NCBI GenBank assembly: GCA_965285935.1
Contig: OZ260663.1
Span: 85,064,001-85,128,000 of the forward strand
Source of the DNA: Ophelia neglecta
Taxonomy: Eukaryota
DNA length: 64,000 nucleotides
Direction: 5' to 3'
The position numbers were made by a program, and so were the translations under genes. Positions 36,378-49,300 of this stretch are shown here, piece after piece (positions within the stretch are counted from its first letter, which is position 1; each line of letters starts with the position of its first letter). The notes under the pieces are model-generated. The model had not been told where the DNA came from. It made no database searches and saw only the letters and a list, made by a program, of their open reading frames with translations.

Positions 36378-39300
36378 ATGGCAGACAAGGATTGTGAGAA
36401 AGAGATGGAATTGGCCGAAGTCAAGATTCCGCCTCCGAATATATCCGGCATTAAGAATAAACAGCGTCGCTTGGAAGCGTACAAGAAGTTAAAAAAAGAG
36501 AAGGACAAGGTTTTGTTTACTTCCACATATTATCGCTCGCTGAAGCATGTGTTTACTTTTTATGATAAATTATTTTACAAATTGTCACTAAGATGATAAA
36601 TTCAGTTAATATCGAATTATATACGTCTAGAACAATTAGTGAAAATATCCACTTCCAGGAATTTATACTTGATGGTTCATGGTTGTGGGGGGAGGGTGAT
36701 CTGGTGATTGTGATCAGAGAGTAAACGACACAGCTGCCTTATCATGTGTTATATATGATATTACTTGCACTGCCAACATCCTTAGTAATACATGTACTGA
36801 TAATGTACAAAAAATCAACTAGAGTGCTGATCACAAGTGCAATTTCAAATTCAAACCTGTGGTCTTTTTTCTTTTGCCAACATGTAAGCAAGTTTTTCTC
36901 CTTGCAGCTCTAATGAAAATTAAAACACGAGTCTCTCTTACAATCCAAAACCTAAGCTAGACCCCTTGATTTATTCCTACCTGCCGCAATCGACGCCCAT
37001 TATAAAATGTTATAAGGTCCCTAAAATCAGTAGCTATCGTCAAGTTTTCGGCAGTCCTGATTAATAGAAACAATTGCCCACGGACCAGTTAACTTCCATT
37101 TGTAAGTGTGTGTGTTCATGATCATTGATCAGAGCAAAGGCAATGCTAGGCTCTGATTGGCTGTTCCGTGAACATTTTGAGGACTTATGTCAAGGTCAGT
37201 CTAGTATTATTGGAGGCTGATGAAAATATTCTTGGTATATCAGCAAGTGATGGAGCAAAAATATGCGAAAGTCAACTGGCTACAGACGAAATAATTACTA
37301 GGACCATGAGTTGTCCATAATTCCATTCCTGTTCACCAGTTAGATAGAGTAAGTCTGTTAAAACTTAATGATAACTACTGTTTTTAGGGACATTATGGCA
37401 TTTTTCAATGTGGTAGGTTCCATTGTAATCCCATTATATTAACCCCATTCCCATTCTCAATCCAGATATTGCCATGCTTAGTGCAAGCTTTTAAAGGAAG
37501 AACACATTAATAACAATTGGCCAATGATGAATGAGGTTCTAATCAAAATACCCTTAAAAAGTTCTAGGATCTGGAAAGGTCTAGAGGATTTTTTCAAAAG
37601 TATTTCGATCAAACTATCTACTGACCATTTACAATAAACAGGCCAAGAAGAAAGCTAAAAAACAGAAGAAGATGGAGCGAGAGGCCCTTGGGGATCAGGC
37701 CCCTCCTAAACAGGTGCCTAAGACAATCGAAAACCAGAGAGTGTATGATGAAACAATGGTTGATCCTGAGGATGAGGAGGTGAGTTGGACAAAGTATTAT
37801 CATAACAGTCACATTTTTTAATATTGTAATAATGCAATAAGTTCCTGATTTCCACTAGTCCCAAACAATATTTTGGGTGCAGCCGTGCAGGTCAGCCCGA
37901 GTTACAAATGTTCATGTCTGTGAGAAAGAACTTTTCCTACTTCATGATTTTGTTTATCTTTGTGTCGGTGATAACTAGCCCCAACTAGCCATGTCTTCAG
38001 ACTTCAAGGAAAACTAAAAAATAGATGAAAGAGTTTGTTACGCGAGCTATGATTGGTTTCATTTTGGCTGGGATGTAGGTCACTTGGCCAAATCACTATA
38101 GGTAATAATTGCACCTCATATGAGATAACTATTTAAAACTTGTCAACCTGATCATATATCAGTTCCAGCATTTGATCAGCAAATTAACGCACATATATTA
38201 GGCAAACAATTATTTTAATTGTTTTTGTTTCTCGTTTCTTTCACCTGGCTGGTTGCCCAGCACACAAGATAAAAATGCTCCAGCAGGCATCACCAATTAA
38301 ATCTTTTTTGCCACATAGCAGTCATTTGTCAGTTTGTGCAGAACTTCTAGAGAAAAATGTTCATTTTCTATTTTTAAAAGGCCTTTGTTGCTGGTTCATT
38401 TTTTTCATTTCAACCTGAACCATTATTTTTTTCCTTATCCCTAACCATACCAGGAATGATAACACCAATTTATGTAATAAGATGCATGCTGAAGAAACTA
38501 GCCAGTTTTGATTTGTTGTGAGCTTGATGCCAGCCCAAAACATAGGATTTAAACATGCAAAACATCACAATAAACAAATGAACTTTTATTTTGTTGAAAT
38601 ATATATTTCTTGAACAGCAAATGGTAAATAACAAAATTATCATAATTAACAAAAATAATACTTATTGCCTAGGATGCCAGTATTAGCTAAGTGCTAGTTT
38701 TTCATAAGTAGTTTGATGGGTAGTGGATTTCAATAAATCTATCACCTTCCAGACATAAGGCATAAATTTATGTTTTTCCTTGACCAATTGCTTTTGTGTG
38801 ATTGAAGGTACATGCATGTTTAGTTTCACTGTTTCCTTGTTTCCCGGGAAATATCAGAAACAAAATTATTGTCACCTTATTTTTACAGTTTTTATGTAGA
38901 AAAAATTCAGGAACATTAGGCTAGGAAAAATGAAGTATTCTGAGAGGAAAATGAGAGCAAATATTTCATTGTCAAGTACCTATCTGGTGTTTTTTTTTAG
39001 GTGATGAACGATGAAGCCACAGATGAGACTTCTACATATTTCAACCGACAGACCACCCCTAAAATACTGATAACAACTACAGATAGACCATCCAGTGTGA
39101 GTAGTCTCTCAACTCGTTTAAGATACTACTAAGTACTGTGTTATTATAGAGATTGGAAAGAAACACTAACTTTGAGTACCAAAATGACTTTACCTCTTTT
39201 GATTTGCTTTCCAGAGAATGACATTGATAGTATCACAAGATTTGTAGCCTCAACAGAATTGATCTTGATTTGCTCATTATATGTATCTTCTTTAATCCTT

Positions 39301-41777
39301 GAATATTTATTTTTCCAGCGCACAAACAAATTCTGCAAAGAGCTGAAGAAAATCATACCTAACTCGGAGATTCGATACCGACGAGGTCTGGATCTGAAGA
39401 AAATCATACCTCAAGCTATGTCTCGAGATTTCACAGACATATTGGTTATAAATGAGGATCAGAAAATACCAAGTATCCTTTTGTATCATGTCTCATTATC
39501 CAGGATTTACTCAAAAACTGCTATTCAGTTTCCAACCTTGACCGGTTATGATTATTAATTTTTGTCTCGGACGAATAATGTGTTGAGAGGAAGACAGTTT
39601 TGGTTAGGAAGGCAAATATTTGGTGTTAAACCATTCGGCCCTTTTGATATTGGAGCTGATATATATTCACGTACAAGCAGTGTTAGCTGAACTTCTGAAG
39701 GGCAATTTTAATAACCATAGTTTATCTTAATTGTATCAATTAATTTTCTGCCAGTGAGCCCCAGCCCAAACAAGGTCACTTTTAAGACCATTCACTTTAT
39801 TTCTTAGCTATCCATAAACATAAAACATGAAGTCATTTGGAGTATTGTATTAGTTTTATGTGCCTGTTTACCTTAATCCACTGCTAAGATGGATTAGTGG
39901 TGTCACATTTACCAGATGGGCCCACAGCACACTACAAGCTATCAAATGTCAAATTCTCTAAGGAGCTGAAGGTAAGTACATGTGAGGTTGATTTTCATTT
40001 GGAAAAAATTATCATTGATGCTTATGCTAGATTCCTTTGTTGCCCTGAATATATCTGATTACTGTTGGTCAATTTATGTCATGCCAGATATTGTTAGCTG
40101 GTAATAAAGGTGAGCATTTTTAATTACAGCATGCTGGCGAGACAACAAAACATCTGCCAGAAGTTATTCTAAACAATTTCAATACTCGCCTGGGTCATTC
40201 TGTGGGTCGTATGCTGGCGTCCCTGTTCCCGCATGACCCAGAGTTCCATGGCAGAAGAGTGGTAACGTTCCACAACCAGAGGGATTATATTTTTGTTCGG
40301 CACCACAGGTGCGTTGCTTACCGCTGTATTGTATCCATACATGAAAAACACTTTCTCAAGTTTTAAACAAATTAAATTTTCTCCTGGCCAGCATCTTATC
40401 AAAAATTCTCTACACGTATATTATTTCTTGCTATTAACTTGTTTATATTAAGATGTTTGCATGTTATTTTCATGCTTGCAGCTTATTGTAACTTTGTCTT
40501 GGCTTGCAATGCACTTTGAGATAAACTTTTAAGTTAATTTCCCGATAGGAAATCATTGTTATGTTTTTTTGCACATTAATTTTAAACAAGCATAATTTTG
40601 GATATTCACAGTCATGTTACGTCATGAAAATATTACCCTTCGAAGCAGAGGCTAATGCTTATCGCATAGCTTCTCCGCATCACCCTTTGCCGAAAACCGA
40701 GGGAAATTTCCGAGAACCCGGAATCAGAAAACGAGGCCATTTGACGTCATACATGGGGAAAGCCCTTTTCTATTAAATAAAATGACGCGCTGTGGCGTAG
40801 TTGTGCGGAAGCCTACATCTGATTCGTCGATCCGAAGGTCAGCGCACGTGCGGGACAGCGGCAGAATATATATGCCGGGTCAGTACGAGGTCACTTGAGG
40901 TCGCCTCGTATGCAAATTAGATACGGGAATTCCCTATTGACGGATTTCGGCAGAGTGCTTCAGGCGAAGAGAACGGAGCTGTGTACTCTGCTACGAAGGA
41001 AATGAAAATATAGGCAGATAGTAGTTTAGATATAATCCGATACAGCACATTGTAGTTTATTTTGGTGTTAATAATCAAGCAGTTTACTTTTTCACGTGAT
41101 ATACTGATCTGCAGTATCTTTTTCCAGACACAAAACAAAATGTGTAAAACATTGAACCCTAAGAGCCAGTGACTACTCAGTTCTTTGGGAAATTTGCTTG
41201 TGGAATGTGTTGTGCACAGCATAAAAACTGCCTGAACGTTAAGATGTACTGGTTATATTTACTTACAGGTACCAGTTTAGAAATGAGAAAAGAGTTGGTT
41301 TACAGGAACTAGGACCAAGATTCACAATAAAACTTCGCTCCTTACAAAAAGGAACATTTGACTCAAAGTTTGGAGAGTATGAATGGGTACACAAGGTAAT
41401 ACATGTACTGTGCTTAAATAAATAAGGAAATGAAATTCTGTTCAAAGTCAATTCTGAAGGAGGAGTAGTATGAAGACTCATTCTCTACTTTGTTATTACT
41501 CAATGTAATCACATCTGTTTTAGTACTTCTCGGAACACATTGAATTTTGAGTTTTTGCTACCCAAATCTTTGATTGTAAACTATGCTTATGTTCTTGAGT
41601 GCATTCTAGATATATTTATCTCACGATGATATGATATATCAGGTTTATATTGTAAGCCATTGTGTGCTCAATGTAATATTAATGTGTTTAGTTAACTGGG
41701 TTTTTATTATTAATTTTATTTCATTTCATTTTCAGCGACATGAAATGGAAACCAGCAGACGAAAGTTCTTCCTCTAA
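36378..41777 (+). CDS. RPF1: Ribosome production factor 1 (Brix domain), 316 aa
   Basis: Exons 36378-36509, 37642-37779, 39001-39096, 39319-39472, 39889-39971, 40130-40308, 41269-41395, 41736-41777 join in frame (951 nt). Motifs [60 protein letters not shown]-terminal RRKFFL; AATAAA at 41845-41850. Confidence 0.96.
39473..39888 (+). other. U12-type (minor spliceosome) GT-AG intron in RPF1
   Basis: 5' splice site GTATCCTTT; branch sequence TTTACCTTAAT about 12 nt from the AG; no polypyrimidine tract; splicing restores KIPNGL. Confidence 0.9.
40634..41001. mobile_element. MITE in RPF1 intron 6 with a 10-bp TSD
   Basis: TIR CCTTCGAAGCAGAG / CTCTGCTACGAAGG (one mismatch); ATGAAAATAT flanks both sides (40624-40633 and 41002-41011). 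Confidence 0.75.
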
Positions 41778-42563
41778 CACACCAAGGTGTGATTATGTAT
41801 TATTTAAGCCCATATTAAAGTTGAAACCATCTACTGTAAATATGAATAAACTACCGACATATCTCCTACAAGTCTCATATTAGTTGTCTTATTATTAATC
41901 TTTATTTGATAGCTTTTTGATCCTCCTAAATACAAATAGTATTTGTGTCAATTTTGGCTGCATGTAGCACTGGAGTAAGCAGTACAGTAGAGTACCATAA
42001 ATGTAGTAGATGGACATTTATCACTTGTGTAAAAGTGCCTTGACTATAATGGTACTAATGTTTGCATTGCATTAAATTTTTGTGAATTTGGCAAAAAAAC
42101 CAATCCTGCCAGTCTGAATGACCTCCCCAAGCCTAGTTCATCTCCTAATCTAGAGGGGGACAGCAATGCTAAGACTAGTCCACACCATTAGTAGGGCTAA
42201 TCTTGTCATTTTGCAGGCATCAGACCAAAATGAAAGTAAAATTTTTGGAAAGCCCTATATTACATTAATCATCCCTGCATTTCTTGTTTTGGTCACTTGA
42301 CAGGTGGGGACAGAAGACCAGTTAAACGAATTCCCCATGTTACATCGCTATACACCGCCGACATTAGCCCTAATAACCACTTGCTCACCACTGTTTATTT
42401 AATTGCAATCAGGGGCAATATGGCTGTAGGTTAGCAGAAGAAAATAACTCCAGCAGGCCTTATTGGTCGAAAAAAAAACCTTTGAATATCCTATTTGAAT
42501 ATACACATATACAGCCTATATGTATCTAGTGGATAAATAAGACATTTTTTGAAAAACCTCTAA

Positions 42564-43650
42564 TTTTTGCCCCACCCTTTTTTTAAAATAAAAGTGGGGG
42601 TATGTATTGGGCTCTGTCTTAGAGTGCCACGCCTTTTGTTTTTTGAGCGGTAGCTCGGCAACCGGAGTAACTATATCAAACATATGGGTCTGCAGAGATT
42701 TTGTTACCTCTGCGTTCTGCGTTATTGGCGCATAAAATTATGAAATAACGCATGAAACTTCTTGCAGTGCGTCCCATACGGCGCACTCTAAAACCCAGCT
42801 TTGCGTCCGTCGTGTACGGGTGATTGAATACGATCCTGTCCGTAATGCGTAAGCAGGTAAAGTTATGACGGAGTTTTCCATCCATACCGGCCGAGACCCA
42901 CGGAAAGTAACGAACGGTGATCGCTACACTTCGTAACCAATGAGCGGCCAGCAGCAGTGGGCGAAAATAGAGGAGCGTTTCAGTTGCTAGCCGTCACCAG
43001 CCACTGCAGCAAAGATGCCTCCGAAGAAAAAATTGATTGCGTGTGTTAAAAATACGAATAAGTACTCTGATGGGACTCATTAATGTGACCTGGGACTCAT
43101 TAAATTTTCCCAGGACTCATTGCAATAAATTCAGTGAGTCCTAGGACTCATTGATCTCAATTTGTAACAAAATCTCTGGGTCTGGGAAATTGTTTGAGTA
43201 AGTGGCTACACTACTTCCTGAACAGCACTATGGTGCCGCAATCCAGTGTTTTGAGCACACCCAATTATGTGGGGGGGGGAGGGGGGGGGAGGGGGGGGAG
43301 GGGGTCTGGAATCCACTCTATCTTTGACTTGGCCAGGAGTGGTCTTGTGACTTTCTAATTTACTATCTCTTATAACTGGTGGGGGCCTTATGTTCTAAAC
43401 ATCTGGTGGGGGGGGGGGGGGAGGGGGTCCTGGGACCAATTCTTGACTTAACTTGGCCAGGAGTGGTCTTGTGACATTATATTTACTATCTCTTATAACT
43501 GGGGGGGGGGGGGGCCTTATGTTTCATAGCATCTGGTAGGGGGGGGGGGGGGGGTCCTGGGCCCATTCTTGATTTAACTTGGCTAGGGGTGGTCTTGTGA
43601 CATTATATTTACCATCTCTTTTAAATGGTGGGGCCCTTGAAAACATCTTG
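42564..43650 (+). mobile_element. Possible Helentron-associated (HINE/DINE-like) element with ~120-bp G-tract tandem repeats
   Basis: T-run then GCCCCACC, a nearby inverted GTGGGG, and a matching GGTGGGGC at 43627-43634; three ~120-bp units (ACTTGGCCAGGAGTGGTCTTGTGAC..poly-G) at about 43270-43640. Confidence 0.45.
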
Positions 43651-46319
43651 ATACCATTATCCTGCAGTTATGTTTACCCGGTAACAATAAAAACAACATA
43701 TTTCAATGCAAATATAGCGCACAAATTTATTATTCCACAGTGCTTGACACAATAAGCAAACCATAATATAGTTATGATACCATGCTTAACATGTACAGAC
43801 TACACAATCTCAAGAATAATGATTGACTATACTATATACATTGGCAACTAAGTCTTGTCATTAAAACAGCCCTCTGATGCTCCGCCATTTACCAGCAGAT
43901 TACCTCCACTTTCCAAGCCACTCCTAGCCACTGGGCTGCCAACTCCCAGCAGGTCGTCCGTCTGCTTCCAACTGCTTGCCCCTCTCATCCCAGTTGTTTG
44001 CCCAGATATTTTCCCTCTGTTTGCCATTCGTTTCCATCCAGATGGACTTTGACAAGACTTTTAGTTGCCACTGTAGCCCTCCAAAAGGTCCTAAAAAGAT
44101 TTCAGGGATGGTAGAAAGGTCAAAACTTTGAGATAATCAGCCATGTTAATAGTTTACTATAGCTTTAAGCATACTGTGCTTTGTGAACAAACTGCCATTT
44201 CTTTAAAACAGCTTCTTTTCCACCCCAAAGTTTGTAATTACAATCAAAACGGCAGTATGCAGTCTAAAATATGTGACTGGTGTAACGAAACATTAATACA
44301 ATAACATGTGACCATGGCATGGCAACTTTTAAAATCATCTGAAAATACACAGAACAACAAAATTCACTTTCTTTAAACCTGAGCATCAAAATGGCACAAA
44401 CTATACCAAATAATATTGGACACAGCTGAGCAATTACAATATTAACATACTGAATATATTCATCCTTAAGGTATGTCCATTTTTATCCTCCATGAATCAC
44501 ATTTTCAAAAAAACGTAAAAATATAAACATTAAGGTACATGTAGGATGCTAGCCTTAATATACCATTTAAAATGTGATTCTTTGACAGAAAACTTCAATG
44601 AAGTAAACAACTTGTTTTTTTTAATAAAATTTTCAATTAAACAAACAAAAGATGTGTAGAGGCATCTTATCAGAACTCAACATGACGGTCTAGTATAAAC
44701 AAAATGTACCAAATCAGATGATACAGACTATAGTTATCTCTGAAATTAAATAATTTAATACTGTGATTTAACAATGTAATAAGAATGTTTAATACTGAAT
44801 GAACGATGTGTCTTATTAATCTTTGGATTATTAAAACTCTTAGAAGTATAAACAGAATTTATCTGTGATAAAGACATAAGATATTGATGCCATACATCCC
44901 AATATCAGCCAAGCACATGGAAATATTATGACAAAAAAATTAGGATATATATTTAATTATCCGACAAATGATTATATTTAATCTTGAGACCACTGTGCAA
45001 TTTTCTTATTACGGAAAGTATTCATGCCATACAAACATAATTTCTCTGTGACCAAAGCATTAATTAAGGACCACATACATGTACATCCCAATATCTGCCA
45101 AAAAACATTGAAACGTGACAAAAACAAAGTATATTATATATTGAATTATACAACCAACAATTATCTTAATCTTTGCCAGTCCACTATGCAGTTTCTTAAT
45201 TATTTATAGTATCATGCATTAGGTATTTATTAATAAGCTAATATTTTCTAATTTCCAAAAATAGCATTTGCAATAGCATAGTTAATAGGCCCAATACATT
45301 ATTTGACAGCATTATTGGTTTTTAAGTCATCATAACATCAGTTTATATTGTTATACACTATTACCAATCTGAACAAAGCTGTTTATGAAGAAAGATCTAT
45401 GAAGCTCTTCTTTCAATAAAAATGGAGTTAAAATAATTTGAAGTGGCCCACCAGAAGAGATCAGGGCAACAGGTCAAAGTCTCAGACCCCTCCGCCAGGT
45501 TATTAACTTAACACAAGTTGAGTGTGGGGCAATACAACACTGCCCAATCTTTACCTACATTGGCTATAATTGTGCCTTGAATTTAAATACCTGCTTATTA
45601 AAAGTTCTTTTCCAACCATTACACTTTCTACCATAAAAACTAAACCACAATGATGTTGCTTTATAACAAAATTGCTTTCAAACCGGTCCACCACTTAATA
45701 AAATAATTGCTACAAAAAAACTGATGTTGAGGCCACACGCAGTGACCTAATAGATGGTACTTTCATTTCTTTTCCCTTCTTTTCTCAGCACCATTCGTGC
45801 ATACTTCATACTCTCTATTTATAGGCAATCTATTTTATAATAGACGCCTCTGATCCAAATAGACTTAATTATTTTATTTCTTGTGATTACTGGCCTGGCA
45901 ATAAAAAAAAACAAAAAAAAAACATAATTAATCTACTATTCTAAAAGACCATGATGATATCTAGTTTCTGTAATTTTCTCCTTAGAAATACTAATAAGCT
46001 AATTATGAGACCATAACAGTGGGAAATCATTTAAACCTGCATGCTCAAACTTTTAAGTCAACAGACCACTCATCAATAAAATGTTAGACCAGGGGTAGAT
46101 ACTACATGTATATATAATAATCTAAACTTGATTATTAATCCATTTGGTGTATTTTCTAATGTTTTCAATAATGTTCTAAAACAGAGAGTACATCAAAATG
46201 GATAAAATAAACTGTTTGCCATAACAAAAATAGTTCAAAACAACACATAATATATATTTTCATAATTAATCTGACAATGAAATTTAATGGAATGTTGAAT
46301 AACAGTACAAAGATTCATT

Positions 46320-49300
46320 TCAAACAGGATTGGAGTTGGTATCTGCCGCTTTTTGCCCCCCTGGGCCTGTTCCAAAAACTCTCAGTAGTTTTGGTAGATA
46401 TCTGTGAATAAAAAAGGGGTAATAATTAAAACTGTTCCTTTACTCCTTAAGACACTTACCTTGAAAATACTGCAAAAGTTTTAAACCATTAATGGAACTT
46501 TGGAAATCATGTTTTCCCCAAATATTTTAAAACTCTTCAATTTTGCTGACCTTAATGTTCCCGGTTTTGGCATACAAATATGTCGCTGACCTGTAATTTT
46601 GCATATTAGAGGCTTCCACTGTCCTCACTGGTCTCTAATTTTCATGAGGCTTTTAATTTTGTAGTTTTGACCCTAAGGGGCTCAGGAAAATATAAGGGTG
46701 TTACAGTATACTGGAAATCATTTGAACTGGGAAGAAAAGCAAAATTGAAACAACTGTCATTACTGGTATTTTTTTCTAATTTGACCTTGATATAATAGGT
46801 CTAATTCAAATTTAATCCCTTCATACTGCTTCACTGTTAAGACCCCCTGTTATGAAGCTTGGTCGCTCTTTGAGACCCTCCTTTTCAAGCACACCACTAT
46901 TTTTGACCATTTTTCAAGCAAACATATTTAGTTGCCATGGCAATAGATTATTTTTCAGCATAGGCCGAAATTTTGGTACGGCGGTCCCCTGAGGGGCTTT
47001 ACAACAATATAGATACAGATGGCATATAAACAATGTCTTGTCCTAGGTTTTATTTCAATCCCACCTTATGATGTATAAAATTTGTTTGTATTCATGCAAA
47101 GTGCCAAATTTCATAATTAACACCCTCACAGTGTCTGGCAAAACAATCTAAAAGTGTATAGTATAAAGGGCTGCAATGCAGCATGATACCTGTGATATAG
47201 CTTTCATAAATCTGCTGCTTCAGTTTTTACGCACCTTATTTCAATGACTGGTCCTGTTAAAGGGAAGGGATCTCCGTCTATGTTGACTACATCACTACTA
47301 CTTCCTACACGAGCGATCCTGTACGCCTTCACTTGATATTCTGTTATGTGGTCAAAGTCAAACTGGGAAGAAAGCAATGTAATCTTGTAACAAGAACACA
47401 CAATATCAGTCAGGGGATCACACCTGTGTGGAGGATTAGGGATGCACCATTAGATAACCGGGGAGGAGAGGAAGGGGGGGGGAGGAAGAAAAAATTACTA
47501 TGGAACAAAATTTTTCTTAATATTAAAAATTTTTTCTCTCCAAAAAAAAAATTTTTAAAACTAATTTTAGCAGTTTTTTATCCGCAGCATAGGGAAGCAA
47601 CCTTTTTTTCCTTCAAAATATGGCCAACACACATTGTTTATCAAACATTTTCCACTGCAACCCCCTCCCCCCCCCCTCCCAAGTTCAAGTTCATAGCCTT
47701 AAACTTATATATTGCAGTAGGATCACTTGCTATTTAATGTCTAATTATGACTAAACACTGGTCAAAACAGGGTCAAATCAGACCCAGATAAAAATCATGA
47801 AGATAATGATTTGGTGTACAACAATAAAGGAAGTGTTTATAGTTTTTTTCATTGTCTAGAATGTTGGCCAGAACACTTTAAAATCTGGAGTTCCTCCCCT
47901 AAAATTTACCAAGCAAAGGACAGAGCGATAATTGACCACCTTTCTGGAGGTTTAGCGCCAAAACAGTTCATACTACTTCGTAAGCAGTCTTGATCATATA
48001 TTTCACTTGAAGTATTTCAGTTATTCTGACGTACATATAAAAATCTAAACCGGAGGTACCCATTGCAATCCTAACATGTTGTGTAACTGCTTACTCGTAA
48101 CATGCGAATCAGCTTTCAAAATCATAAAAATATTTCTCTGAACACTTCTTAATATGCATGTGATTTATGATATCATTATAAAATGTTATTTAGTAGAAAA
48201 TACAGATAAAGCAGTTGTAATTAACACATCAATGTACTACTACGTTAAAATAACGGCATCTACATTCAATCATTCATTATATGTTGTTTGGAGCAGCTAC
48301 ATGCAAGCCTTTATAATGTGCTTCCTGAGAACTAAAATAATATTCTCCAATGATAAAATTGTTCGTACAGGTGTAAATTCGTTGTAAAGAATACTTGGCT
48401 GCAAAATTAAAACTTATCAATATCATATTAGCATGTATAACTAGCGGCGGCGGCGGCGGCGGCACTTCTGAAAACATAATATCCGCATTTCGCGGATATA
48501 AATAGGGCCTACTGTGAAAATCTTTGTAACAACCGGTGGTCTCAGCGGGGTTTGAACTCGCTACCCTTGGTTCTCCAGCCAACAACTCTACCAAGTTTGC
48601 CAAAGGGGTAACCCCTCTAGCCAAGCTAGTAGGAGTGTTGTGATCATGCACCAGTGGCCATGACCTGCTCATTCATCTCTGTTACATTCTCCCCCCTACT
48701 GAGAACCACGTCCCCGTGGTGGTATGGCCACAGGACGGCTGTTGGGTTCGAGACTCTCGGTGAGACAGTCCCCTACTAGGCTCCATTGTAACAACCGGTG
48801 GTCTCAGCGGGGTTTGAACTCGCTACCCTTGGTTCTCCAGCCAACAACTCTACCAAGTTTGCCAAAGGGGTAACCCCTCTAGCCAAGCTAGTAGGAGTGT
48901 TGTGATCATGCACCAGTGGCCATGACCTGCTCATTCATCTCTGTTACATCTTTCTAGAAATTAGCCATGAAATTCGTCATGAAATTTGCCAGGAAATTAA
49001 AATCACGCAGTGTCATTTTTTGTACAAACCAATTTAATCCAGCACGAACAGTTTTTAACGTTACAGTTCAGGAAAACAGAGGATAAAAGTAAAAACAAAA
49101 TGGCAGATAATACAGTGTGTGAAGTTTTCAGTTCTATGAATTCAAGTACTTACGTCTGTCTCCTAAAATATTTTGCAAGAAGCCACCGAGTTTGTTTTGA
49201 AAGAAGTATTTTTGTTCATTTTAAGAATTTAAAGTTGTGATTGTGAAATGCTGCATGTTCAACCCAAATTAATATAAATGCTCTCTTTGATTAGATAAAA

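Noticed and set aside
36708-36836. 10-bp inverted repeat TTGTGATCAG / CTGATCACAA in RPF1 intron 1
   Set aside because: Too short, with no TSD or box motifs; could be chance.
37524-37627. Box C/D snoRNA in RPF1 intron 1 (ATGATGA..CTGA)
   Set aside because: The CTGA is part of the likely branch point TACTGAC about 20 nt from the acceptor, and no rRNA guide sequence was recognised.
48535-48610. Functional tRNA gene
   Set aside because: No proper acceptor stem and an irregular anticodon loop; it is part of the TRIM LTR.
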